From contig CAWAAX010000004.1 in assembly GCA_963780225.1 (NCBI GenBank), positions 32,001-96,000 of the forward strand: a stretch of DNA of 64,000 bases. Direction: 5' to 3'. A program made the position numbers and the translations under genes. This document shows, in pieces, positions 30,100 to 41,065 of this stretch; position 1 is the first letter of the stretch, and each line of letters starts with the position of its first letter. This stretch comes from an uncultured bacterium (lineage in GTDB: Bacteria > Edwardsbacteria > AC1 > EtOH8). The notes under the pieces were generated by a model, which was not told where the DNA came from, did no database searches, and was given only the letters and a program-made list of their open reading frames with translations.

Positions 30100-30933
30100 A
30101 TGACCAAAATGATCCACAGTCTCCAGACCAAACTGACCCTGAGTTTCCTCTTGCTGATAGTGGTGATCGCGGGACTGGCATTTTTCAACACCTACGACGC
30201 CACTCAAAAAGCGCTCAAAGCCCAAATGGGTTGTGAACTGCGCTCCACCGCCGCTGCGGTAGCTGCCCTGATAGACGGGGATCTGCATGCCGGGCTTAAA
30301 TCCGGTGATGAACAGAAACCCGAATATCTGTCCCTCCAAGGCCGGCTGCAGAAGATCAGGGCCAATAACCCCAATATCAAATATATTTACACCATGCGCC
30401 GTAGCGCCCAGGGGGTGGAATTTGTTGTCGATGCTGATTACGGGGTTGAGGAAGACGCGGCCTCCATCGGGCAGGTCTATGAACAGGGGCCGAATTACAA
30501 GGACCTGATGGAAGGTTTTGAGCACAACAGCGCCGACAGGGAATTTACCTCCGATGAGTGGGGGGTGGTGCTTTCAGGCTATTCTCCCCTCCGGGATTCG
30601 CTGGGGAATTCGGTAGGGCTTTTGGGGGTGGATATGGACAGCAAGGAAGTGATCGCCCGTCAGCAGTTCATTCAGAACACCATTTATTACATCATCGGTA
30701 TTGCCATACTGCTGGCCGGGATCATAGTGCTGTTATTTTCTAAAACCATCATCCGGGACATCAACAAGCTGAATCAGACAGCCACCAAGATCAGCCTGGG
30801 CCAAATGGATGTGGTCGTTGACGTCAAACGCCGGGACGAGATCGGCGATCTGGCGGAATCCTTCTCCCGGATGCAGGCCAGTTTGAAAATTATGATGAAC
30901 CAGGACGAAAACCCAAACGAAAACGAGAAATAA
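30100..30933 (+). CDS. Membrane sensor with Cache-like periplasmic domain and terminal HAMP, no output domain
   Basis: 2 TM, YIYTM..FVVDA, DEWG..LSGYSP, RRDEIGDLAESFSRM then stop. Confidence 0.85.
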   Translation: MTKMIHSLQTKLTLSFLLLIVVIAGLAFFNTYDATQKALKAQMGCELRSTAAAVAALIDGDLHAGLKSGDEQKPEYLSLQGRLQKIRANNPNIKYIYTMRRSAQGVEFVVDADYGVEEDAASIGQVYEQGPNYKDLMEGFEHNSADREFTSDEWGVVLSGYSPLRDSLGNSVGLLGVDMDSKEVIARQQFIQNTIYYIIGIAILLAGIIVLLFSKTIIRDINKLNQTATKISLGQMDVVVDVKRRDEIGDLAESFSRMQASLKIMMNQDENPNENEK

Positions 30934-30935
30934 AG

Positions 30936-31181
30936 GTGCCGCCAGTGACAGAGCTAGCGCAAAAAGTTTTAGAGACCACCACCCCTTATCTGGGGCCGGC
31001 CTCCAAGATTTTTTTGGACCGTCAGACCAAGCGCCACATGAATGGGGTGATCTTCGATTATCTGGAAAAGGATCACCTGCCAGACCTTTCGCGTTGGGTG
31101 ATGATCTCGGCCGGACTACTGATTGATAAGAATAGGGCCAAAGAGCTGTCGGAAAAAATATCCATCCTGCAGGCAGCCTAA
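30936..31181 (+). CDS. Small hypothetical protein downstream of HAMP sensor
   Basis: Starts 2 nt after upstream stop; followed by terminator. Confidence 0.7.
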   Translation: MPPVTELAQKVLETTTPYLGPASKIFLDRQTKRHMNGVIFDYLEKDHLPDLSRWVMISAGLLIDKNRAKELSEKISILQAA

Positions 31182-31202
31182 GGGTCTAAAATTTGATAAC
31201 GG

Positions 31203-31242
31203 AAAAAGGGCTTTCCCGGTATTTCGGGAAAGCCCTTTTTTT
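31203..31242. terminator. Bidirectional terminator
   Basis: AAAAAGGGCTTTCCCG-loop-CGGGAAAGCCCTTTTTTT between convergent units. Confidence 0.88.
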
Positions 31243-31500
31243 GTTCATTTTATCCGCCTACGCAGAACACTACCCCGATATATCGGGGTGGATGAATGTG
31301 ATAGAAAAGACGCTTCCACCTGCGCTTACGCTTCGGCGGACAGGTCGGCGGATGTCGCTGATAACATCAAACGGATAAACCCGCCCACGGCGGGTTACCT
31401 TAGGTATTGGTACTACGCCTACGTACCTCTACTCCGGCGTACAAGCACTGCTATGCCCGTGGGGCTCCATACGAGGCCTACGGGAGTCCCTCATGGCCAG

Positions 31501-31824
31501 TTATCGTTTCCGGAGGGAGTCCGACGAATAGAAACGGTAGGAGACCTCTCCGGGCCGGACCATTCCCAGATTCTCCCGTACCATGGCCTCGATGACCAGC
31601 CGGTTTTCACTGACCAACCGGATCTCCCGCATTAGGATCTCGTTGTGGGCCAGGTTGACGAGGATCTGCCGTTTTAAGGAGGTCTGCCGTTTGTGCATTT
31701 TCAGCATCTTGATCCAGCCGTAATTTCCCAAGCCAAAGGAAACCACCACCACTCCGGTGACTCCCAGGATCAGGGCCAGCAACAGCTTTTGGCGGAATTT
31801 TTTATTTTTGGCCGAACGGCTCAT
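31501..31824 (-). CDS. ftsB: Septum formation initiator FtsB/DivIC family
   Basis: TM, GNYGW, coiled coil, RENLGMVRPGE; directly after eno. Confidence 0.85.
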   Translation of the reverse strand: MSRSAKNKKFRQKLLLALILGVTGVVVVSFGLGNYGWIKMLKMHKRQTSLKRQILVNLAHNEILMREIRLVSENRLVIEAMVRENLGMVRPGEVSYRFYSSDSLRKR

Positions 31825-33120
<1,296 letters not shown>

Positions 33121-33137
33121 TTAAAGTATTTGTTGAT

Positions 33138-33866
33138 CTAGTCAATGATCTTTTCTAATCTGAATTTTCCGTCCTGGTAAACTGCATAAGTGAAATTCTT
33201 AAAGAAATCCCCCAGGTTCAGGAAGACATGGCCCTCCATGTCCTTCAACGCCGGTTGGTGGGTGTGGCCGAACATCACCGCCTGGTAGCCCAGGGCAAAA
33301 AACCTGGCGGCCTGCCGTTCCAAGGGGGCCTGGTCCACGCATTTGTTTTTGGTCAGGTGATTGCGCGAATATTTTGAGAACCAATGGGCGAAGGAGATAG
33401 CCAGATCGGGATGGATCAACCTGAAAAGCCAGATAATCAGGGGATTCCGCAGTACTGCCTTCAAAATCCTGTACCCCCGGTCCGACGGATCCAGGCCGTC
33501 GCCGTGACAGAGCAAAACCTTTTTGCCGTCCAGTTCAATGGTCAGGTCATTCTTGACGATTTTTATCCCTAATTGCCGTTCCAGAAAAGGCCCCATCCAA
33601 TAATCGTGGTTACCGGTCAACAGGATGATCTCCATCCCGGAACGGCGCAGTTCCAGCATTTCAGCCAGAACCTCAAAATGTTCGGACTGGATCACAGTCC
33701 GGTATTCGAACCAGAAATCGAACAGGTCGCCCAGGATGTACAAAGGACCTGGTTGATCCTTGATCAAGGCAAAAAGTTTTTTCAGTTTTAAAAGTTTGAG
33801 ACGTTCCGGTTCGGGAGCGCCTGCGCCCAGGTGGACGTCAGATAAAAAGTAAAAGGGTATTGACAT
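33138..33866 (-). CDS. lpxH: UDP-2,3-diacylglucosamine diphosphatase (LpxH-like)
   Basis: SDVHLG, GDLFDFWFEY, GNHD, HGDG, FGHTH, NLGD. Confidence 0.85.
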   Translation of the reverse strand: MSIPFYFLSDVHLGAGAPEPERLKLLKLKKLFALIKDQPGPLYILGDLFDFWFEYRTVIQSEHFEVLAEMLELRRSGMEIILLTGNHDYWMGPFLERQLGIKIVKNDLTIELDGKKVLLCHGDGLDPSDRGYRILKAVLRNPLIIWLFRLIHPDLAISFAHWFSKYSRNHLTKNKCVDQAPLERQAARFFALGYQAVMFGHTHQPALKDMEGHVFLNLGDFFKNFTYAVYQDGKFRLEKIID

Positions 33867-34011
33867 AAAAATGCAGTCGTGGTATCTTAAATTGTTAAAA
33901 GTTTTGGGCGATGCCCTGAGGCTCCAACACGTGAAACTATATCACAAGCAAAAATAAAAGGCAACTGAATTTTTTATTGACTTTTAACCGGCAGATGCTT
34001 AAAATAATCAA

Positions 34012-35232
34012 ATGGAAAGAAAGATGAGATCGAAAAGACTTGGGATCCCGGTTGTCTGTCTGATCCTGGCCCTGGCAACCTTAAGCTGCGGGCGTAATGC
34101 GGCCATCAACAAGGGGCGGCAGTTTATGGAGATCGGCGATCTGGGCAAGGCCATCGGGCAGTTCTCCATAGCCGTGCAAGATTCCCCCAAGGATCCCCAG
34201 GGCCATTATTACCTGGCTAGAGCCTATTGTCTGGCCGATTCGGCCGGACCGGCCTGCAAGGAATACGGGATATTAAGCCGGCTGGATCCTAAGGCGGCCC
34301 AGGATACTTTCTTAAGGCAAAAAGTGACGGTATTTTTGGGGCTGGAGCCCTATGAGTTGACCCGGCTGACCTTTGCACAGGGCAACGACGCACTGCCGGT
34401 ACTATCGCTTGACGGGGAAAAGATAGCCTTTTCCAGCAAGCGGGACGGAAACCCCGAGATATATGTCATGGATGCCGACGGCCAAAATCAAAAACGGATC
34501 ACCAACAACCCAGCCCTGGAATACATGCCGGCTTTCAGCCCGGATGGAAAAACTCTGGCCTACATTTCAGACCGCACCGGCAAGGACCAGATTTACCTTT
34601 TTGACTTTCAGTCACAAAAAGAGCGGAGATTAACAGCGGACAAATATAATAATTCGTGTCCCAGGTTTTCACCGGACGGGAGCGAGTTATTCTTTTTAAA
34701 CGACAGTGGGCCTTTTTGGGGGCTTTGGAGGATCTCCCTGGGAAAGAGCGCCTCTGCTCAAAGGATAATAACCGATCCGCAGGAGAAAGGGGATAAAGAT
34801 TATTTTGACATTGTATCCGGCCAAGTATTCTATCAGCAGGGACAGGAAAATCAGAAAGTGCTGAAGTTGTGGCCCCTGGCCGGAGGGGCAGCCAGGCAGG
34901 TCAACTGTCCTTCTTTTCGGGCCGGAATCCCCACGGTGCTTTCTCCCGACCGGAGATATTTGCTGTACACCTCTTCCCGCCAGGGCAACGACGAGGTCTA
35001 TCTTTACGACCGCCGGGAAGATGACAATATCCGGCTGACCGTTAACCCTGCCGAGGACATGGCTTTCGGGATCTTCCCCGATCAAAAGACAATAATGTTC
35101 GATTCCCGGCGCGACGGCGACCGCGAGGTATACCTGTTGCATCTGGATCAGCTGATACCGTCCGGCCGGATAGTCAAGGCCCTGGCCCAGGGGCAATCAA
35201 ATAATCCCGACAACAATAAAATGGGGAGGTAA
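34012..35232 (+). CDS. Lipoprotein with TPR and TolB-like PD40 repeats
   Basis: Lipobox [24 protein letters not shown] repeats. Confidence 0.85.
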   Translation: MERKMRSKRLGIPVVCLILALATLSCGRNAAINKGRQFMEIGDLGKAIGQFSIAVQDSPKDPQGHYYLARAYCLADSAGPACKEYGILSRLDPKAAQDTFLRQKVTVFLGLEPYELTRLTFAQGNDALPVLSLDGEKIAFSSKRDGNPEIYVMDADGQNQKRITNNPALEYMPAFSPDGKTLAYISDRTGKDQIYLFDFQSQKERRLTADKYNNSCPRFSPDGSELFFLNDSGPFWGLWRISLGKSASAQRIITDPQEKGDKDYFDIVSGQVFYQQGQENQKVLKLWPLAGGAARQVNCPSFRAGIPTVLSPDRRYLLYTSSRQGNDEVYLYDRREDDNIRLTVNPAEDMAFGIFPDQKTIMFDSRRDGDREVYLLHLDQLIPSGRIVKALAQGQSNNPDNNKMGR

Positions 35233-35234
35233 AA

Positions 35235-35435
35235 ATGGAATGGCGATGTTCAATCTGCGGCTACGTCTATGACCCCAACCTGGGAGATCCGGACGGTGAT
35301 GTAAGGCCGGGGACCTATTTTGAATATCTCCCATTAGACTGGATCTGTCCCGAATGCGGGGCCGGCAAGGAGGTATTTGAGGGAGTGGACGAGGATTTTG
35401 AAGACGAGGAGTTCGTGCCCCGGAACCAGCTGTGA
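35235..35435 (+). CDS. Rubredoxin with acidic tail
   Basis: [28 protein letters not shown]. Confidence 0.92.
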   Translation: MEWRCSICGYVYDPNLGDPDGDVRPGTYFEYLPLDWICPECGAGKEVFEGVDEDFEDEEFVPRNQL

Positions 35436-35537
35436 TCTAAAAATCAGCCCATCTCCGGTATTTTAAAAACACATGGGAGTCTGAACCGACGAACAATCAA
35501 AAGTAAATGGAACCAGCAACACCAAAAAGGCAGAGTT

Positions 35538-36365
35538 ATGCAGATCACCCATTACGGAGTGAGGGGCTCGATCCCGGCGCCAGGGCATGACACCGTTGAT
35601 TTCGGCGGCAACACCACCTGCGTGGAGGTGGTCACCACCAAGGGCCAGCGGCTGATAATAGACTGCGGCACCGGTATCCGCAAACTGGGGTTGAACCTCT
35701 TGAAGGAAAAAGAGGTGGCCGAGATCCCGATCTTCGTGACCCATGTCCACTGGGACCACATCCAGGGCCTGCCTTTCTTTCTGCCGATCTACGTGCCGCG
35801 CTTCAAACTGAGGTTCCTGGGGGCCAAGGAGAGCTTCGGCCGCCTCTATTCCACCCTTTACGACCAGATGGACGGCTACGTCTTTCCGGCCAAGCTGCAG
35901 GAGGTGCAGTCCAACATCAATTACCAGGTGGTGGACGACGACGAGGGCTTTAACCTGGGCGAGATGCACTGCGACATCATCCGCAACAACCACCCGGTGC
36001 CGACCTACGGGGTAAAGGTCCATGACAACGGCAAGACCTTCTGCTTTTTAACTGACAACGAGCTGATGATAGAAAATCCCCAGACCGAGTACAAGAAATT
36101 CGTGGAGTTCTGCGCCGGGGCCGACCTGCTGATCCACGACGCCCAGTACACCGAGGACGAGATCAAAAGCAAGCGGGGCTGGGGGCACTCCACCTTCCGG
36201 GAGGTAATCAAGCTGGCCGAGGACGCCGGGGTCAAGTCGCTGGGCTTTCACCACCACGACCCGGAGCGCACCGACCGGCAGCTGGAGCAGATAATCGAGG
36301 AGATCAAGGCCAATACCAAGATCCATATCTTTGGGGCCCGGGAGGGCGAAAAACTGGAGGTTTAA
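35538..36365 (+). CDS. MBL-fold metallo-hydrolase
   Basis: GVRGSIP, GGNTTC, THVHWDHIQG, LIHDAQY, GWGHS, HHDP. Confidence 0.9.
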   Translation: MQITHYGVRGSIPAPGHDTVDFGGNTTCVEVVTTKGQRLIIDCGTGIRKLGLNLLKEKEVAEIPIFVTHVHWDHIQGLPFFLPIYVPRFKLRFLGAKESFGRLYSTLYDQMDGYVFPAKLQEVQSNINYQVVDDDEGFNLGEMHCDIIRNNHPVPTYGVKVHDNGKTFCFLTDNELMIENPQTEYKKFVEFCAGADLLIHDAQYTEDEIKSKRGWGHSTFREVIKLAEDAGVKSLGFHHHDPERTDRQLEQIIEEIKANTKIHIFGAREGEKLEV

Positions 36366-36373
36366 TCTATTTT

Positions 36374-36397
36374 AGCCCCGGCCTTAAGGCCGGGGCT
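36374..36397. repeat. Perfect palindrome (REP-like or terminator)
   Basis: AGCCCCGGCCTTAAGGCCGGGGCT. Confidence 0.7.
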
Positions 36398-36408
36398 ATT
36401 AAATATCT

Positions 36409-38140
36409 ATGATCGATATCACCATCACCATAGCCGGCGCAGCCGGACAGGGGATGCAGACCATCTCCTACACCTTGGCCAAGGCGCTTACCCGCCAGGG
36501 CTACTACGTCCATTGCTACCAGGACCTGATGTCCCGGATCCGGGGCGGGCACAATTTTGCGTCTTTAAGGATCTCCGACCGGCCGGTGGGCAGTTTGTCG
36601 GAAAGGTCCAACATCCTGATCGCCCTGAACCGGGAATCAATTGACATCCATTCGCCCGGGATGGTGGAGGGCGGGGTGGTGGTCTATGACGAAGTATTAA
36701 ATAAAAAATCAGAAATCAGAAACCAGGGTTTGAATCATTTCCCGGTGCCGCTGGAGAAACTGGCGCTGGAGGCGGCCCAGAACAAGTTGATGCTCAATTC
36801 CACGGCCTGTGGAGTGTGCTTCAGCCTGATGGAATACGATTTCGATGTGCTGGCCGACACCTTGGGCGACCTGTTCGACCGCAAGGGAGATCTTATAGTG
36901 GAGGCCAACATCCGGGCGGCCCGGGCCGGTTACGATTACGCCGAGCGGGAATTCAAGGGCGTCTGCCCCTACTGCACCCTGCACCGGAAAGCTTCCACAA
37001 GACCCAGGCAAGATGCTTTTAACCGGCAGCGAAGCGGCCGGGTTCGGCAGTTTGGTCTCGGGCCTGCAGTTCCTTTCGGCCTATCCCATGTCGCCCTCCA
37101 CCGGGATCATGGAATACTGCGCCGCCAAGCAAAAGGAGGTCTCCGGTCTTTTGGTGGAGCAGGCCGAGGACGAGATCTCGGCCGTCAACATGGCCATCGG
37201 GGCCTCGGTGGCCGGAGTACGGGCCATGACCTGCACCTCGGGTGGCGGATTCGCTTTGATGACCGAGGGCCTCTCGCTGGCCGGCATGACCGAAGCGCCG
37301 CTGGTGGTCTTCATCGCCCAGCGGCCCGGCCCGGCCACCGGCTTTCCCACCCGCACCGAGCAGGGGGACCTTTTGTTCGCCCTGTACGGCGGGCACGGCG
37401 AGTTCGCCCGGGCCATTCTGGCCCCCGGCGACGCCGAAGAAACAATTTACGCCATGCAAAAAGCCTTCAACCTGGCCGACAGGTACCAGACCCCGGTGAT
37501 TGTCCTGGGCGACCAGAACCTGAACGACTCGTTCTGGACCGTGGACGGTTTTGACCTGGATAAAATTTCCATTGACCGGGGCAAACTCCTGGCTTCTTGG
37601 GATCAGGCTTCCGGTTCCTACAAGCGCTACCACCTATCCTCGGACGGAGTCTCTTCACGGCTCATTCCCGGCGATACCGAGGAGGTGCAGTACTGGGACA
37701 GCGACGAACACACCGAGGAGGGGCACATCGCCGAGAGCGCAGCGATCCGCTTGCAGATGACGGCCAAGCGTCTGGCCAAGCTCAAAGGCCTTAAGGAGGA
37801 TTCTCTTGGTCCTGAGGTCTTCGGAGATTCCAGGGAAACAGTCCTGGTCGGCTTCGGTTCTTCAAAATGGGCGGTGCGGGAGGCGATCCAGCTACTGCAG
37901 GAAAAGGGGGAGAAGGTGGCGGCGGTGCATTTTCCACAGGTATTTCCGTTGCCAAAAGAAACTGTGGAATTGCTGTCCGGTTTTAAAAAGATCATCGTAG
38001 TGGAACAGAACGCCACCGGGCAGTTTGAGAAGCTGCTGCTGACAGAGACTAAGATCAAAGCGGATAGTTCCATTCGCAAGTTTGACGGGCGGCCGTTGAC
38101 GGCGAAGTATATAGTTGATAGTTACGACACCTTGGTCTAA
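36409..38140 (+). pseudogene. korA: 2-oxoacid:acceptor oxidoreductase alpha subunit, 1-nt frameshift near 36988-36990
   Basis: GAAGQGMQT, SRIRGGHN in frame 1; YPMSPST, EQAEDE, TSGGGF, QRPGPATG in frame 2. Confidence 0.88.
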
Positions 38141-38369
38141 CCTTATAAGGAAACCAGGAATACAGGAAAATAAGTGACCCGGATACTTACGACGCCTTAG
38201 GTTAATCTTTATAAGGAAACCAGGAATACAGGAAAATAAATGACCCGGATACTTACGATGCCTTAGGTTAATCTTTATAAGGAAACCAGGAATACAGGAA
38301 AATAAATGACCCGGATACTTACGACGCCTTAGGTTAATCTTTATAAGGAAACCAAGAAAGCAGGAAAAT
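38117..38369 (+). repeat. Left tandem array, 66-bp period, about 3.8 copies
   Basis: Core ATAAGGAAACCAGGAATACAGGAAAA starts at 38145, 38211, 38277, 38343. Confidence 0.95.
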
Positions 38370-38384
38370 CAAACACAGGATATT

Positions 38385-38756
38385 ATGGCATTAGAACATG
38401 AAAAACTGACAGAGGCAATAATCGGAGCCGCAATAACGGTCCACAAAAAACTTGGGCCCGGATTCATTGAATCGATATATGAAAACGCGCTGGTCATTGA
38501 ACTTAGAAAAATTGGTTTGATGGTTGATCAGCAAATGGAAATGTCTGTAGAATATGACGCAATAGAAGTAGGAAAACACAGATTGGATCTTCTGGTGGAG
38601 AAGACCATAGTCGTTGAACTTAAGGCGATAAAGAATATAGAAGACATACATTATGCCATTGTCAGATCGTATCTGAAAGCATTGAAGTTAGAGCATGGAT
38701 TACTTTTAAACTTTGGCAAGTTAACATTGGATGTAAAAAGGGTAATCTCAAAGTAA
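38385..38756 (+). CDS. GxxExxY protein (PD-(D/E)XK nuclease-like family)
   Basis: VHKKLGPGFIESIYENAL, RLDLLVE, VVELKA, GLLLNFG; strongly AT-rich. Confidence 0.93.
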   Translation: MALEHEKLTEAIIGAAITVHKKLGPGFIESIYENALVIELRKIGLMVDQQMEMSVEYDAIEVGKHRLDLLVEKTIVVELKAIKNIEDIHYAIVRSYLKALKLEHGLLLNFGKLTLDVKRVISK

Positions 38757-38935
38757 TTCCTGTCTTTATGGATTCCTAATAATAAGGTGGTGAATGTAAA
38801 ATAGTGATCCCAAAGTAATTCCTGTCTTCATGGGTTCCTAATAAAAAAGTGGTGGATGTAAAAAGGGTGATCTCAAAGTAATTCCTGCCTTCATGGATTC
38901 CTAATGAAAAAGTAGTAAAGTATGTTGGATGTAAA
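38727..38935 (+). repeat. Right tandem array, 62/63-bp period, about 3 copies
   Basis: Core TTCCTGYCTTYATGGRTTCCTAAT at 38757, 38819, 38882, each preceded by TG(G/A)ATGTAAAA...CAAAGTAA. Confidence 0.93.
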
Positions 38936-39776
38936 TATTTATAAAAGCGAAGACCAAAGCGCCTGGTGCCCGGGCTGCTACAATTTTGCCATCCTCAAGG
39001 CAGTCAAGCAGGCCCTAGCCTCCCTGGACATCGCGCCCCACCAGGTGATGTTCTCCTCGGGCATCGGCCAGGCCCCCAAGCTGCCGCATTACCTGAAATG
39101 CAACCTGTTCAACGGCCTGCACGGGAGGACCCTCCCCGTGGCCACCGGCATCAAGCTGGCCAACCACGGCCTGCAGGTGATCGCCGAGGGCGGGGACGGC
39201 GACGGCTACGCCGAGGGCGGCAACCACTTCATCCATGCCATGCGGCGCAACCCGGGCATCACCTACCTGGTACACGACAACCAGATCTACGGACTGACCA
39301 AGGGCCAGACCTCGCCCACCTCGGAACCGGGACTGGTCACCGGCACCACGCCTTTCGGCAATTACAACGCCCCGGAGCACCCCCTGGCTTTGGCCATCGC
39401 CGCCGACTGCAGTTTTGCGGCCCGGGGCTTTGCCGGGGACGCAGACCATTTGGCGGAGCTGATCGCCCAGGCCATCAAGCACCCCGGCTTTGCCCTGGTG
39501 GACATCCTGCAGCCCTGCGTCACCTTTAACAAGCTTAACACCTTTCAATGGTACAAAGACAGGGTCTACAAACTGGAGCCGGACTACGATCCTTCAGACC
39601 GGCAAAAAGCCTTTGCCAAGGCGTGTGAATGGGGGGAGAAAATACCGATCGGGGTCATCTACAAGAACGACCGGCAGCCCCTGGAAAACCAGCTTCCGCA
39701 ACTAAAGCCCGGCCCGCTGGTCAAACAGGCGGCCGACCTGGATCAACGAAAAAAACTCATCAAGCAATTCAATTAG
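38922..39776 (+). CDS. korB: 2-oxoacid:ferredoxin oxidoreductase beta subunit
   Basis: WCPGC, GLHGR, GGDGD..EGGNH, NQIYGLTKGQTSPT, QPCVTFN. Confidence 0.94.
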   Translation: MLDVNIYKSEDQSAWCPGCYNFAILKAVKQALASLDIAPHQVMFSSGIGQAPKLPHYLKCNLFNGLHGRTLPVATGIKLANHGLQVIAEGGDGDGYAEGGNHFIHAMRRNPGITYLVHDNQIYGLTKGQTSPTSEPGLVTGTTPFGNYNAPEHPLALAIAADCSFAARGFAGDADHLAELIAQAIKHPGFALVDILQPCVTFNKLNTFQWYKDRVYKLEPDYDPSDRQKAFAKACEWGEKIPIGVIYKNDRQPLENQLPQLKPGPLVKQAADLDQRKKLIKQFN

Positions 39777-39808
39777 GGGTCAGCGCACAATTCAACTAAG
39801 GAAGAACC

Positions 39809-40174
39809 ATGGCCAAAGTAGGTTTCATTGAACACCACAAGATCCGGATACTATCCCTGGATGTCAGCCATTCGCAAAACGCCGAGGAGAACATCGCGGC
39901 CTTTCAGGAGGCCCAGGCCATTATTGTGAAACAGCCCCCCAAGTCGGTGCGGCTGTTGACTGATGTCATCAAGGCCCATTACACCGCCCAGGCGGTGGAC
40001 GCCATGAAGGAATTTTCCCAGGCGGTTACACCTTACGTCCTGGCCAGCGCTGCGGTGGGGGTTTCCGGGATCAAGCGGGTGGTGCTGCAGTCATTGATCC
40101 GCCTTTCGGGCCGCCATATAGAGGTATTCGGCGAGCGGGAAAAGGCCCTGGACTGGCTGGCGGGGCAACTATAA
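39809..40174 (+). CDS. Hypothetical protein, STAS/SpoIIAA-like fold suspected
   Basis: LLTDV, SAAVGVSGIKR, C-terminal F..REKALDWL. Confidence 0.72.
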   Translation: MAKVGFIEHHKIRILSLDVSHSQNAEENIAAFQEAQAIIVKQPPKSVRLLTDVIKAHYTAQAVDAMKEFSQAVTPYVLASAAVGVSGIKRVVLQSLIRLSGRHIEVFGEREKALDWLAGQL

Positions 40175-40405
40175 ACAGTTAACAATGAACAATGAACAAT
40201 AAATACTAAACGCTAAAACTTGTCCTGCCTGCCCACGGCCCCGCAAAGCGGAGCCTCGCCTTAGACGGGGCGTGGCACGCCGTAGGAGTGAGGAAGGGCG
40301 GCTTGCCTAACAAACGAATGAACATCAAACACCAAAACTTGTCCTGAGTATGGCTGCCTTGCACACCAAACGAATGGACACCAAAAGCTAAACTGAACAG
40401 AGAAT

Positions 40406-40909
40406 ATGCTGAAAAAACTTGATCCCAAAAAACTCAAGGTCAATCCCTTCACTTTGATGGAGGACGAGTGGTTCCTTTTGACCGCCGGAAAAAAAGGTGA
40501 CTACAACACCATGACCTGCGGCTGGGGGACACTGGGGACGCTGTGGAGCAAGCCGGTGGCCTTCGTTTTCGTCCGTCCCACCCGCCACACCTACAAGTTC
40601 GCCAATAAGTACGAAGACTTCACCCTGTCGTTCTTTGGGAAAAAATGCCGCCCGGCCCTCAAGTTATGCGGCACCAAGTCCGGCCGGGACGGCGACAAGG
40701 TCAAAGAGGCCGGGTTGACCCCGGTTGTCACCCCCAGGGGCAATGTTTATTTCAAGGAAGCCCGGATGGTGCTGGAATGCAAAAAAATATACTTTGACGA
40801 CCTTGATCCCAGGAAGTTCCTGGCCCCGGAGATAGAAAAAAACTACCCCAAGAAGGATTACCATAGGATGTATGTGGGGGAGATCCGGAACATCTTTACC
40901 ACGGCATAA
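40406..40909 (+). CDS. Flavin reductase-like FMN-binding protein
   Basis: WFLLTAG, NTMTCGWG, VRPTRHT, CGTKSGRD, YHRMYVGEI. Confidence 0.9.
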   Translation: MLKKLDPKKLKVNPFTLMEDEWFLLTAGKKGDYNTMTCGWGTLGTLWSKPVAFVFVRPTRHTYKFANKYEDFTLSFFGKKCRPALKLCGTKSGRDGDKVKEAGLTPVVTPRGNVYFKEARMVLECKKIYFDDLDPRKFLAPEIEKNYPKKDYHRMYVGEIRNIFTTA

Positions 40910-40977
40910 TCCGGCCGGCCCGTAAAAAGTGGTTGACAGGCCAGTATTTTAAGTGATAAAATAAGGATAAGTTCACG

Positions 40978-41065
40978 GGAAGCGTGGCCGAGTGGTCGAT
41001 GGCGGCGGTCTTGAAAACCGTTGTGCTGAAAGGCACCAGGGGTTCGAATCCTCTCGCTTCCGCCA
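40978..41065 (+). tRNA. tRNA-Ser (TGA)
   Basis: GGAAGCG/CGCTTCC acceptor, G73, GCGGT-CTTGAAA-ACCGT, long variable arm, CCA; TTGACA promoter at 40933. Confidence 0.96.

Noticed and set aside
31330..31500. 6S RNA, SRP RNA or tmRNA
   Set aside because: No SRP GGAAGGAAGCAG-type motif, no tRNA-like ends and no long closing rod recognisable by eye.
38117..38935. CRISPR array around the GxxExxY gene
   Set aside because: Inter-core sequences are near-identical copies rather than unique spacers; no cas genes in the window.
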